Below are positions 20,143 through 29,854 of a DNA stretch of 64,000 nt, in pieces. Each line of letters opens with the position of its first letter. Position 1 is the stretch's first letter. The notes below the pieces were generated by a model. It saw nothing but the letters and a program-made list of their open reading frames with translations. It was not told the origin of the DNA and did no database searches. Source of the DNA: Candidatus Latescibacterota bacterium (GTDB lineage: Bacteria; Latescibacterota; UBA2968; GCA-2709665). The stretch is taken from assembly GCA_965203805.1 (NCBI GenBank), contig OZ241917.1, forward strand, positions 1,856,001 to 1,920,000, written 5' to 3'. A program made the position numbers and the translations under genes.

Positions 20143-23100
20143 CTACTGAACGTAGAAACCGGTCTGTCTGTTCGAAGTCAAACCGCTGTTAAGATCGGTG
20201 ACGTCGATTTCGAGGATATACTGCCCCGGCCTGGTCGACTGCAGATCCAGCTCCATGTAAATTTCTTCCGACTCCGAGTTTCCGATCTGCTCGTAGCCCA
20301 CCGCAAGTTCCTGTTTTCTGCCGGTGAATACGCGCACCAACTGGGAGATAACCCCACTGGCCGAGCGCCCCTGGACGCCCTTGGGCCGAATGGTATACGC
20401 CACCTTGTACCGGGTCTGTCCGAATGCATCTTTTTTCAGGCGGTAAATTTCATAGTAGACAAAGACGCCCTGGTCCCGTCCGAAGGTGCGGGTGGGAATC
20501 GGAATGACTCGGAGACCGCCCTTTCTGAATTTCCCAGGTTCATCGGACTCGACAACCGAATGGGCCAATTGCAGCTCGCTCAGCTGCAGGAAGGTCCTGT
20601 CGTAGTTGTCAATCACGACTTCCTGCCGGTACCGGCCCTGCCGTCCGGACAATCTGTCCTTGACCTGCACCTCCATCCGGTAGGTGCCGGGTGGTACGCC
20701 CAGATCCACCAGATCGGGTACAAAGCCGCCGCGCGCGCCGGTCAGATCGCCGCCCCCGCTGAATTCCAGATTGCCCTGCCGGCGGTACACCGCCCCGTTG
20801 CGCGGGTTGTTCAACGCTACGGATCGCTGCAGAAACATCTCGGTTGCGTCCCGATCGGGCAGATACTTGCCTAATTTATAGGGCGCCCCGAAATAGACCT
20901 CCAGCAGCGACCCGAGGCCCCGATCATCTTCCCGGAAATTGGCCAGATCGTAATAGAATTCCAAGGGCAATTTTTCCTCAGGCGGCTTGTAGTAGTCCGG
21001 CGTTACCCGGGCCGCCTGATTGGCCACGGACCGCGGATTGAACTGGTTGAACCGCGCAAGCTGCTGCATGGGTATGCGCACGTCCATCGGCGGAGGGGCG
21101 TAATCGAACTCGCCTCGCATGTACTCGTCTGTAAATGTGATTTCGATACCGCCATTCACGTCGGTATAAACCCAGACTTCCCAGGGAACCATCGACGCGT
21201 CGTCCTGTGAAGATACGGCCTTGAATGCAAAATCGTTGGGTGACTCGCCCACCGCCAGAGCGCCTTCGTTCATCTGGACGTTTTCGAACCTGAGCAATTC
21301 CAGAGACGCATCCGAAACCTCGTTGTCCGCCGTAATGCCGGATTCAAAGGTGATCCCTGTCCGCTGGGCCTGGCTGCCCTGTACCACCCGTGAGGCTTCT
21401 GTGTTGCGCCCGGCAATACTGAGATCCTCCACCTGCCGGCCGGCGGCGAAGCCGTCGCCCAGATTCGCGCCGCCGCTGAGATTGGATTTCAGGCTGCGCA
21501 CCGCGTACACGGGCCCGCCCATGAACGTCATCTGGAGGGCAGCCTGCCCGTACATCTGCCGGGCAATGCGCTCACGGACCCGCTGTACCTTCAGGCTCTG
21601 GTTGTAATTCTTCATATCCGAGGTGGACCGGTAGTCGGGTTCCCCGAATCGAATATAGACCTCACCCCGCCGGTCCCACGGCTGCTTACCCGAAGAATAG
21701 GCCCCCAGCGCGTACCAGACCCGCCGGTAGTGTTCCAGCAGGCGTTCGTTGATCGCCGTGGTCAGGTCCGGGTCATGAGCCGTCCAGAACCGTTTGACCA
21801 GTTCGACGCGCGCCTGGCCGTCGGCCATGTCGTACGCACTGCGCTCCTCCGTAGACATCAGAAGTACAGGATCGCGGTACAGCGCCTGCTCTTCCGCCGT
21901 CGCCGCCTGCAGGTACTCCCTGAAATAACGGTCTGCCCATTCGAGCCGTCCCAGCCCCACGCACGCCTGCGCCAGCACGGCCATCACGCCCGTTTCGTCC
22001 GGATGTTGCCGGACATAGTCAGTCAGCAGGTCCACAATCCGTTCGTAGTTCCGGGACCGGAGGTACACCGCGGCCAGCCGCTGGCGGCCCTTGGGATCTT
22101 CGGGTTTGAGCGTCATGTATCGCGCGTAAAGCAGGGCCGCCCGCTCGAAATCCTCCTCATGCACCTCGTACCACTCTCCCAGAAGCAGATAGGCGGGCGC
22201 ATACGTAGGATCTATGTCGAGCACCTTCTCAATATCGTACCTCGCGTCGTGTTCCTTCAGCCTGCGCCTCAGTCTCGCGATATTGTAACGCGCTTCCAGG
22301 TAGTCGCGGTTGTATTGTAGAGCCTTCGTGTAGTACCGGATGGCGTCGTACCGGGCTTTGGGCCGCCCTTCGAACACCTGACCGAGTCCGTTGTACGCTT
22401 CCGCCAACCTGTGGTCCAGTCGAACCGCACGTTCGAAAGAACGCAGCGCGGCGTCCGGATTCTTCGACTTCAAATAGGCATAACCCAGCAGGCAATGCCC
22501 GCGTGCGGATTTCGGCGCCATCAGCGTGACCACCCTCAGAACAGGCACGGCCGCCTTCGCGTCGACGTCCAGCACTCGCGCACCCACGTCCAGCAACGAA
22601 TCCACCAGCGTCCGACCCGCCGCCCGGTCCATGACCTCGAAGCCGTCCCCGCGGGGAACCAGTTCCAGCAGCCGCCCGCGATGAAAGGGACTGATCACCA
22701 TCCCCTCTCCGTCAGCAGCCCCCGACCGGTAGAAATAACTGATCGGGCTCTTCTTTCGATCTTCGGGCGACCTGAACAACCGGTCGAGAATCCGCTCCTC
22801 CGATTCGTCCAGCCCCCCGGCCAGCGCCGAAGTCTTCAACGCCTGCAGGTTGGCGGGCCGTCTGCCGTCGTTGCGACGGCGGTATTCAATGATCATATCC
22901 CCGATCGCGGACAGGTTCTCCCTGCCGACCCATCGGGCCCCCTGGTCGCCCGCCATCCGCGACCTGCCCGCCAGCAGCTTCGCGTATGCCATGGCGGGCT
23001 TGGAATAGAGAAGGTGATCTCGAGCCAATGATTCAAACTGCTGAGCCGCATCGCGATAAAAAAGCTGCGCGTGGCGGAATTCCCACTGACGGAGCGCACC

Positions 23101-23601
23101 GTACGCCAGTTTTGCCGTCATCATCGCCTTCTCTACGCCCGCGAGCGAACGGTTGGGCCCGTTGCGCGGCCCCCCGTTCTGCGCGGAAACCCACTCGACG
23201 TCCAGGCGTTCGAGTTCAAATTCCCCCGGACGCCGCACAACCGTGCCGTTTACCATCACCTCCCAGACCTGGCTCTCCACCATCGGCACCGCCGCCTGCC
23301 CCATCCCGGAGAGACGATAGTCCCGTAGCGGACGATCCTTGTAGAACACCCGCCGGCCGTCCGCGGACCAGCCCAACTGTCCCGGCGGGCCGGGAAATGC
23401 GCCCAGTCTGCGTTCGGTTCCAGCTGCATCCGCGGACCAGATCTCGGTCAGTGCCGCCTGCCCGTTTTCGTAGGCAGTCGTCCAGATCCGGCGGTTGTCG
23501 GACTCCGCCTGGACCGGCGATGCGATTCCGGCCGTGAACCAGCATGCGGTGAAAACACGCAATGCAATTGGACTGAATTTCGTCTTTCCTGCGCCCGACA
23601 C
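20143..23601 (-). CDS. GWxTD-domain TPR protein (exported)
   Basis: Signal peptide, TPRs, FW..HDPDLTT..NERLLEHYRRV..A and WDRRGEVYIRFGEPD; Ig-like C-terminus; GGGAGGAG before GTG 23601. Confidence 0.85.
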   Translation of the reverse strand: MSGAGKTKFSPIALRVFTACWFTAGIASPVQAESDNRRIWTTAYENGQAALTEIWSADAAGTERRLGAFPGPPGQLGWSADGRRVFYKDRPLRDYRLSGMGQAAVPMVESQVWEVMVNGTVVRRPGEFELERLDVEWVSAQNGGPRNGPNRSLAGVEKAMMTAKLAYGALRQWEFRHAQLFYRDAAQQFESLARDHLLYSKPAMAYAKLLAGRSRMAGDQGARWVGRENLSAIGDMIIEYRRRNDGRRPANLQALKTSALAGGLDESEERILDRLFRSPEDRKKSPISYFYRSGAADGEGMVISPFHRGRLLELVPRGDGFEVMDRAAGRTLVDSLLDVGARVLDVDAKAAVPVLRVVTLMAPKSARGHCLLGYAYLKSKNPDAALRSFERAVRLDHRLAEAYNGLGQVFEGRPKARYDAIRYYTKALQYNRDYLEARYNIARLRRRLKEHDARYDIEKVLDIDPTYAPAYLLLGEWYEVHEEDFERAALLYARYMTLKPEDPKGRQRLAAVYLRSRNYERIVDLLTDYVRQHPDETGVMAVLAQACVGLGRLEWADRYFREYLQAATAEEQALYRDPVLLMSTEERSAYDMADGQARVELVKRFWTAHDPDLTTAINERLLEHYRRVWYALGAYSSGKQPWDRRGEVYIRFGEPDYRSTSDMKNYNQSLKVQRVRERIARQMYGQAALQMTFMGGPVYAVRSLKSNLSGGANLGDGFAAGRQVEDLSIAGRNTEASRVVQGSQAQRTGITFESGITADNEVSDASLELLRFENVQMNEGALAVGESPNDFAFKAVSSQDDASMVPWEVWVYTDVNGGIEITFTDEYMRGEFDYAPPPMDVRIPMQQLARFNQFNPRSVANQAARVTPDYYKPPEEKLPLEFYYDLANFREDDRGLGSLLEVYFGAPYKLGKYLPDRDATEMFLQRSVALNNPRNGAVYRRQGNLEFSGGGDLTGARGGFVPDLVDLGVPPGTYRMEVQVKDRLSGRQGRYRQEVVIDNYDRTFLQLSELQLAHSVVESDEPGKFRKGGLRVIPIPTRTFGRDQGVFVYYEIYRLKKDAFGQTRYKVAYTIRPKGVQGRSASGVISQLVRVFTGRKQELAVGYEQIGNSESEEIYMELDLQSTRPGQYILEIDVTDLNSGLTSNRQTGFYVQ

Positions 23602-23644
23602 GAACGGCTCCTCCCTAACCTCAATTCGAAACACGATCGCCGGT

Positions 23645-23674
23645 AAATTTACCACAAAGAGCACAAAAGGCACA
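23645..23674 (+). repeat. 30-bp direct repeat, copy 1 (copy 2 at 25937-25966)
   Basis: AAATTTACCACAAAGAGCACAAAAGGCACA vs AAATTTACCACAAAAAGCACAAAAGGCACA, one mismatch. Confidence 0.8.
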
Positions 23675-23850
23675 AGAACACAATAGGGAGTCGACCCCGA
23701 AAACCGGATAATGACATGAAAAAAACACTGCAATTACTGCTGTACGGGACAGAAATCTACCTTGAATAGGTTTGTGCGGATATCACTATAGAATAAGGAA
23801 TATGGACGAAAAGTCAAAGCTGATTCTGTTCCTGATGCGGTGATTCGCCT

Positions 23851-25824
23851 TTACTCCGCCAGCAATCGAATGCGGCGACGGGCCTCGGACAACGCCTTCG
23901 GATCGCCCCGCCATTGCTTCAGAAACGCGTCGTAGGCCGAGACCGCGTCCTCCGGCTTTCCCAGGTTTTGAAGCACCGCGCCCAGATTGAACAACGCTTT
24001 CGCGTCACCCAGCGCCGCCGACCTGCGATAAGCCTCCGCGGCCTCCACCGGTTTGCCCGTCTTCTCCAGGGACACTCCGAGGTTGAAGTGAGCCTCCCTA
24101 TCCTTCGGCAGCAGGACAACTGCCTGCCTGAATCCTTCGGCGGCTGTCGCCGTTTTGCCGGCCCGCATGGCAGTCACACCCAGATTCATCCAGGCCTCCG
24201 CATATTGAGGATTGAGGTCCACCGCTTTCCGGTATGCCGCTACCGCCTGTTCAAAGGACCCCTTCACGCCGTACGCATTGCCCAGGTTGTTGAAAGTCAT
24301 GGCTTCTTCCCTGATGGACAGCGCCCGTTGAAAGGCAAGAACTGCATGATCCATCAGTCCGCGTTCGGCAAGCACCTGGCCCACTGCCTGGTGCATCTTG
24401 GCGCTCGCCGGATATGCGCTTGCAGCGCTGGAAAACAGACTGTATTCATCCTTCCAATCTTCGTTTCGCACGACCGTGCGCGCGGAATACCCAATGCATA
24501 CGAGACCCGCCGCGATAACAACGCCGAATCCAAACCTCCTGAACAGCCGCTCCGCGCCAATCCCCGCAAGCGCAAACACGCCGAGTGCCGGTATGTACAG
24601 AAACCGCTCCTGGACCATTGAGTTCAGCAACACCACAGTCTGCGACACCCCGGCATAGGGCACCCAGAAAAGCGCCCCGCAAAAAAACAGCCGCGGCCAT
24701 CTCGCCAGCGATCGCACCCACAACCCCAGCCCCGCCAGCGCCAGCGCCAGGCCCGCGATCACGCCCGGTTCCAGTAGCGAAGCGGCAACCGGAATTGCAT
24801 TGTACGAGTAATCAACGGAAAGCCGCCAAGGCAAGACCAGGAGCGAAATGTAGTGCCAGAAGATCCTCCCGGCGGTCAGGATCCGCGTGTCGAACGAAGC
24901 GCCATACAGCGGATTCACAAGCTCCGTCATCCCGCCGGGTGAAAAGCCGAGTCCTGCCGCGGCGCCTCGCACGACCAGACAGACCGCGAATACACCCGCG
25001 AAGCCCAGCCACCACGGCCATCTTGCCCAGCAGACATCCAGAATGCATCGGAGAAAATCCCTCCCATCAAGTTCGCCTGCCGACCAGGCCAGACGCACTG
25101 TCGACGGTCCTCGCCGCGCATTCCGTCCATTACCCTTGTCCGATAAAATCCGGTTCTCTGGATCCGTCATTCCCGCCGCCAGGTCATATACGACGACGAG
25201 GCCCAGCAATGCGAGCGCGCTCTCCTTGCTGAGCAATCCACAGAAGAATGCAACGAGCGCCATCAGATAGGCCGTGCGGGAACCCGAACTCTGCACATAC
25301 AACAACATACCTGCAAGAAGAAAGCCGCCGGCGAGCAGGTCGGACCGGCCAAAGGTCACACCCGCCGCCACTTCCGAATGGATCGGATGCACCGCAAACA
25401 GCAGGCCGGCAAAACCCGCCGCAAAACGGCTCAGGCCCGCCCGCCTGCACAGCAGCCACGCCAGCAGGCTGCAACTTACGTGAAGAAGCACGTTGGTCAG
25501 ATGAAACCGAAACGGGCTGATGCCTCCAAGCGCGTCCAGCAGAAACGTCAGCACCGTCAGGGGCCGGTATTGCCCGGTTTCGTTTCCGGGATAACCCGCC
25601 CAGTAGTGGGTCGTGAAAACGCTTTTGAAATCCAGCCGTTCCACGATCCAGCTTCGTACGATCAGAAACTGGTCGTCGTAAACCAGCCCGTTGGCCAGCG
25701 CGTTGGCATAGACCACCATCGCCGCGATGCCCACGAGAACCGGCCACGCCCATGTGTGCTTTACGTCCGTGCTTACGGGCGTATCCGCAGACGCCCTGCG
25801 TTTCCGGTCATTGCGTTTCGCCAT
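23851..25824 (-). CDS. TMTC-like protein O-mannosyltransferase (DUF1736-type membrane domain plus TPR)
   Basis: LVYDD, YRPLT, HPIHSE, SKESA, LSVDYS and ERFLYIP motifs, then TPRs. Confidence 0.85.
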   Translation of the reverse strand: MAKRNDRKRRASADTPVSTDVKHTWAWPVLVGIAAMVVYANALANGLVYDDQFLIVRSWIVERLDFKSVFTTHYWAGYPGNETGQYRPLTVLTFLLDALGGISPFRFHLTNVLLHVSCSLLAWLLCRRAGLSRFAAGFAGLLFAVHPIHSEVAAGVTFGRSDLLAGGFLLAGMLLYVQSSGSRTAYLMALVAFFCGLLSKESALALLGLVVVYDLAAGMTDPENRILSDKGNGRNARRGPSTVRLAWSAGELDGRDFLRCILDVCWARWPWWLGFAGVFAVCLVVRGAAAGLGFSPGGMTELVNPLYGASFDTRILTAGRIFWHYISLLVLPWRLSVDYSYNAIPVAASLLEPGVIAGLALALAGLGLWVRSLARWPRLFFCGALFWVPYAGVSQTVVLLNSMVQERFLYIPALGVFALAGIGAERLFRRFGFGVVIAAGLVCIGYSARTVVRNEDWKDEYSLFSSAASAYPASAKMHQAVGQVLAERGLMDHAVLAFQRALSIREEAMTFNNLGNAYGVKGSFEQAVAAYRKAVDLNPQYAEAWMNLGVTAMRAGKTATAAEGFRQAVVLLPKDREAHFNLGVSLEKTGKPVEAAEAYRRSAALGDAKALFNLGAVLQNLGKPEDAVSAYDAFLKQWRGDPKALSEARRRIRLLAE

Positions 25825-25845
25825 GGTTGTGGGGTCAATACCTCC

Positions 25846-25876
25846 GTGGGGCGGGCCCCACAAGGGGTGCCCCTAC
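25846..25876. repeat. REP-like palindromic element
   Basis: GTGGGGCGGGCCCCAC...GGGGTGCCCCTAC, resembling GTAG-type REP sequences. Confidence 0.45.
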
Positions 25877-25910
25877 AATGCCAGGATACGTTATCGGGTG
25901 CTGGCGCTGA

Positions 25911-26124
25911 CCTCAATTTGATAAAAGACAACCGTCAAATTTACCACAAAAAGCACAAAAGGCACAGAAAGTAACAGCGCGAAAGCGGGGTATGAAGGTC
26001 GTTCAAAGGAAGAAATTCGCGTTTACGTCCAGTGTCTCAAATGTCCGGGCAGTTTGACATCAATTCGCCATTGTTCTTCTGCATAAACTCGAAATTCAGG
26101 TCCCGGAACAACTGCGAGTCAAGG
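25911..26124. mobile_element. Possible MITE with IS1380-like ends; contains repeat copy 2 (25937-25966)
   Basis: Left CTGA|CCTCAATTTG, right GCGAGTCAAGG|TTAA; ends resemble the IS1380 ends in this window but flanks differ. Confidence 0.4.
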
Positions 26125-26169
26125 TTAAGCTCTGATCACTGGCCACTATCCACTGACCACTGCTTTTAA

Positions 26170-26217
26170 TAAAAGAAACGGGCGGCAACCGGGCTCAGAG
26201 TCCCGGGCGCCGCCCGT
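26170..26217 (-). terminator. Rho-independent terminator after the PorV operon
   Basis: Minus strand ACGGGCGGCGCCCGGG...CCCGGTTGCCGCCCGT followed by TTCTTTT. Confidence 0.75.
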
Positions 26218-26287
26218 CGGTTCATACGCCGACAAAGCGTCGGATTTCATCAGGTTCCAATCAATTCCGCCGCTTTGCAGATGCGAC

Positions 26288-27280
26288 TTAGAACGTACCT
26301 CCGACAGAAACGCGGATCGGCGGATCGAACATAACGACGCCGTCGTTCTGCTGCAGGAGCGAAACAGCTACGTCCGCCGTGATGGTACGGCCCCCGAAGG
26401 TCTGCTTCAGGCCAGCACCCAGGGAAATACCCTCAAGGTCGTAATTCCACTTCCAACCCGCGCGCAACGCGAGCGCATTCTGCAGCCACAACTCGGCGCC
26501 GAAATGCCAGCGCTGCTCGAAGTCCACGAAGAACGCGCTCTCCACCGAGGCGGTGAGGTAGGACGGATCGCCCTTTTCGCCGTAGACTTCGGCAGCCACG
26601 CCGATATTGTAGACGAGCGGCAGCAGGTATGCGCGATCGCCCGACTTGCGGTCAGGTCCGAAATTCTTGAACGCCATCGCGATACGGAGGCTTCTGAAGC
26701 CCGTGTAGAAGAAGCTGCCCACGTCCACGGTGAAGCCCGTTGTCTTCACCGTGTACAGCTTCTCCTGGACGTAGTTCGCCTTGGCGCTGAACGAGAACTT
26801 GTCGGTGAACTTGATCGCATACAGCAAGCCGACGGAGATATTGTGTACGACCACGTCCTGCCCGGTTCCGTTGGGCTGATAGATCGTGGTTTCCTTCGAT
26901 GGCTTCGGGTTGTGCGAAACCACCGAAAGGCCCAGCACCTCACCTCTGGCCGAACGCGTGTTCCAGACGGCCGTGGCCGAGTAGAGCTGGGTGTCGAGCA
27001 GGAAACGCGTCCAGTTCGCCTGGTAGGCCACGCGTTCCACGTGTACCAGCCCCGCGCCGTTCCAGAAGATCGCGTTGATGTCGTCGGCGACCGCGGTAAA
27101 CGCGTCGCCCATACCCACGGCGCGGGCGCCCTGGCCGATCTTCAGGAACTGCATCCCGGAGATATTGACTTTCTTGACGCCGTACTCACCGGTCACCCCG
27201 CCCCACTTCACGGCCAAAGCCGGTGAAGCGGCAAGCAGCAGGGCCAAGACCGACGCAATGATTAGCATGCTTCTTTTCAC
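26288..27280 (-). CDS. PorV/PorQ family (UPF0164) outer-membrane barrel
   Basis: Signal peptide; FLKIGQGARAVGMGDAFTAVADD..AIFWN.AGL; C-terminal Phe. Confidence 0.88.
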   Translation of the reverse strand: MKRSMLIIASVLALLLAASPALAVKWGGVTGEYGVKKVNISGMQFLKIGQGARAVGMGDAFTAVADDINAIFWNGAGLVHVERVAYQANWTRFLLDTQLYSATAVWNTRSARGEVLGLSVVSHNPKPSKETTIYQPNGTGQDVVVHNISVGLLYAIKFTDKFSFSAKANYVQEKLYTVKTTGFTVDVGSFFYTGFRSLRIAMAFKNFGPDRKSGDRAYLLPLVYNIGVAAEVYGEKGDPSYLTASVESAFFVDFEQRWHFGAELWLQNALALRAGWKWNYDLEGISLGAGLKQTFGGRTITADVAVSLLQQNDGVVMFDPPIRVSVGGTF

Positions 27281-27305
27281 GTCATTTCCTCCTTGTTTGA
27301 GCCCG

Positions 27306-29777
27306 CTACTTGATCAGCACGAAGCTGCCTCTTCGGGTCTCTCCGCCGGATACGACAACGAAATAGTACAGACCGGTCTGCACTTCGCCGGCGATATTGA
27401 ACGTGATCTGCCGAAACTCGGTTTCACCCTTGGTAAGCGGGGTCCGGTCCGTGGTTTCCACGCGGTCGCCGGAGGCCGAGTAAATGTGAATGATCGCGTC
27501 CGAGGTAAGGCCCACGATGCGAAGGTTGCGGGAGTTGGGATACTGGTGCACGCCGTCCACGTAGTACGGGTTCGGCACGATGAGCACCTCTTCCGGGAGG
27601 CTGGACAACAGGGCCTGGAAGGGTTTGCGGTTGTCGCCGTCGTACGTCCTTGCCGTCGACGGCCCCCAGCCGCTTTCATACCCCCTCCGGATATTGGCCT
27701 GCACACGCTCACTGGGGATGTCGTCGATGGTCATCCCGCTGTTCCACGTGTACGACTCCACGCCCCTGGCATACGGGCGGGCGGAGTAGAAGTAGGAAAA
27801 GCCGGCCGTGGTTTCCAGGTCCTCGTATTCATAGACGCCGTCGGCATTGATGCCCCATTCGCCCCGGGGCAGTCCCGCCGGATTGGTGGAAGATCCGCTC
27901 GAACCGTTTTCGATGATCCCGTACAGCTCCCACGGACCCCATGAAAACCACTCGGACTTGTACAGCCTGACCCCGAGGATATCCTGCTCGCCCGTATACG
28001 GGTTCACAGCGGACTCGGATTCCCTGCCCCACCGGATCAATTGCTTGGCCCTGGTGGAAGAGGTAAGGTTGTCGGGCGAAATGTACGCCTCGGTGGGCGA
28101 GGTGGGCACCTGGTAGTTGTTGTCATACACCCAATGGGCCAACTTCAGATTCTCCAGTGCGGCCTTCTCGCCGTCCGTCTTTATCTTCTGGATCTTGTTC
28201 TCGGGGCTGTCGCTGGACCGGTCCCACTTGATCAGCCCGATGTCCTGCTCGTTGGCGGGAATCGGCGCGAGCAAGGAAGGGTGCCCCGCTCCCCAGGAGA
28301 ACACGAGCTTCACGGTTTCATCCACGCCCACGTTGTAGGGCCCGTAGACGGTCATGTCGTGGAACACCTTCCGCGTGGAAATGTCGCCCTCGTCCGGATT
28401 GGCCTGAAAACCCGTCGTTGTTATGACGCTGGCGAGTTGCGCGGCGCTGTGCGTGGTATAGGTGGGGTCGTCGAAGTCACCCGTGGAACGCGCCAGCCAC
28501 CACTGGAACGAACGCGGCTGCATGTCTTCCCCGGGCTGCACGTATTTTCCGCGGTCGGCTTCGTTGAACGAGAACTTCCCCGCGTCATCGGCGTAGGCGA
28601 GCGGCGCCATGAAATAGGTGCTTGGCGCTCTGGGTTGGCCTTCCGTCTGCAGAATATTGTAGTTGGAAGGCACGATCGCCTTGAAGAACGGATCGCCCGT
28701 GTCGTCGTGCGAAGAAAACGGGTTGTCGGAGTCCCTGCGGATAACCGCGCGCATATCCTCGCCCACGAACGCGCCGTTCTGCGAGAATGCATTCGGATAG
28801 CCGTTGGCTTCCGTAAACCACAACGTATCGTCCATGCCTCGGGCGTTGGACGCGTAGAAGTTCCAACCGAACTCCTCGAGAATGCCCATTGCCGTCATGG
28901 CCGCCACGTTCTTGAAGGCGATATAGAGATTATTGATGGGTCCCGGCGCTTCACCCACGCCGTCGCCATCGAAGTCGCCGATGTTCTTGAAGGTGAGGTC
29001 CACGATGTAGAAGTCGTCGAAATCCGGGTTGGACCAGCTGTAGACACGCCGCTGCATCAGCAAACCGTTCTGCTTGTCGATCCACTGGGCGATGATCGTC
29101 TCTTCCGGAATGGTCACGTCCACCAGGTTGTGCGCGCCCAGGTTGTAGTTGGCGATGTGGGCCGGCGATGTGCTAACCGGGTCCCAGTTGGCGCCGTAGA
29201 TGCTGCCGTGATCGTCTTTGGTGACCCCCGGCCAGTAATTGGAGAGGGCACCCTCATCATCCAGTTCTCCGGGAGAAATAGCGCTGTTCGGCGTCTCGGC
29301 GAGCTCCTGCAGCGGGTTGGGCTGCCCCCAGCTTTCCTCGGGATTGCCCACGGGATCGTAGGGGAACGCCTGGTTGTGTTCCACGATCTGCAGGTTCTCA
29401 CGAGGTCCGGTCACCGTGACGGTACCGCGGTCGGCGTTCAGGATCCAGATGCCCTCGCCGCCCGAGACCTTGTAGTCGTTGTACATCTGCGACTTCTGGT
29501 TGGACGTGAACTGGGAGAGCACCGCGCCGAACGAACCCGGCCCGTTGCCGTTCCACGGATAGGCGTTGCGCCTGTAGCCGCGCCCCCACTCCTGGTTGCC
29601 GCCCATGCCGCCTATATTGTTATAGCTGTTGGATATAAGCGACCGCAGGTTGTACCTGCTGGAAATATTGTCGGGAGTGGCCTGCGCATCGACCGGGACT
29701 GGCTGAAATACAACCGCAACCAGCGCAAGGCAGGCGACTGCAACCAGCCCCTTAACAATGAAATTCAATCGTTTCAT
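27306..29777 (-). CDS. Large secreted acidic protein with T9SS-CTD-like C-terminus
   Basis: Signal peptide; DFDGDG Ca-binding-like loop; C-terminal VPNPY...IHIYSASGD.V...GLYYFVV...FVLIK. Confidence 0.7.
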   Translation of the reverse strand: MKRLNFIVKGLVAVACLALVAVVFQPVPVDAQATPDNISSRYNLRSLISNSYNNIGGMGGNQEWGRGYRRNAYPWNGNGPGSFGAVLSQFTSNQKSQMYNDYKVSGGEGIWILNADRGTVTVTGPRENLQIVEHNQAFPYDPVGNPEESWGQPNPLQELAETPNSAISPGELDDEGALSNYWPGVTKDDHGSIYGANWDPVSTSPAHIANYNLGAHNLVDVTIPEETIIAQWIDKQNGLLMQRRVYSWSNPDFDDFYIVDLTFKNIGDFDGDGVGEAPGPINNLYIAFKNVAAMTAMGILEEFGWNFYASNARGMDDTLWFTEANGYPNAFSQNGAFVGEDMRAVIRRDSDNPFSSHDDTGDPFFKAIVPSNYNILQTEGQPRAPSTYFMAPLAYADDAGKFSFNEADRGKYVQPGEDMQPRSFQWWLARSTGDFDDPTYTTHSAAQLASVITTTGFQANPDEGDISTRKVFHDMTVYGPYNVGVDETVKLVFSWGAGHPSLLAPIPANEQDIGLIKWDRSSDSPENKIQKIKTDGEKAALENLKLAHWVYDNNYQVPTSPTEAYISPDNLTSSTRAKQLIRWGRESESAVNPYTGEQDILGVRLYKSEWFSWGPWELYGIIENGSSGSSTNPAGLPRGEWGINADGVYEYEDLETTAGFSYFYSARPYARGVESYTWNSGMTIDDIPSERVQANIRRGYESGWGPSTARTYDGDNRKPFQALLSSLPEEVLIVPNPYYVDGVHQYPNSRNLRIVGLTSDAIIHIYSASGDRVETTDRTPLTKGETEFRQITFNIAGEVQTGLYYFVVVSGGETRRGSFVLIK

Positions 29778-29816
29778 ATCCTTCTCTGCCTCCATTCGAA
29801 AGCACTGCGGAACAGA

Positions 29817-29846
29817 CGCGCCGGAAGCGAAACTGCTTCCGGCGCG
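29817..29846. other. Perfect 12-bp intergenic stem-loop
   Basis: CGCGCCGGAAGC-GAAACT-GCTTCCGGCGCG, with no U tract. Confidence 0.7.
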
Positions 29847-29854
29847 CCATTTCC

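Noticed and set aside
26134-26163. Short CACTG(G/A)C-type heptamer run
   Set aside because: Only about four degenerate units; a common low-complexity intergenic repeat
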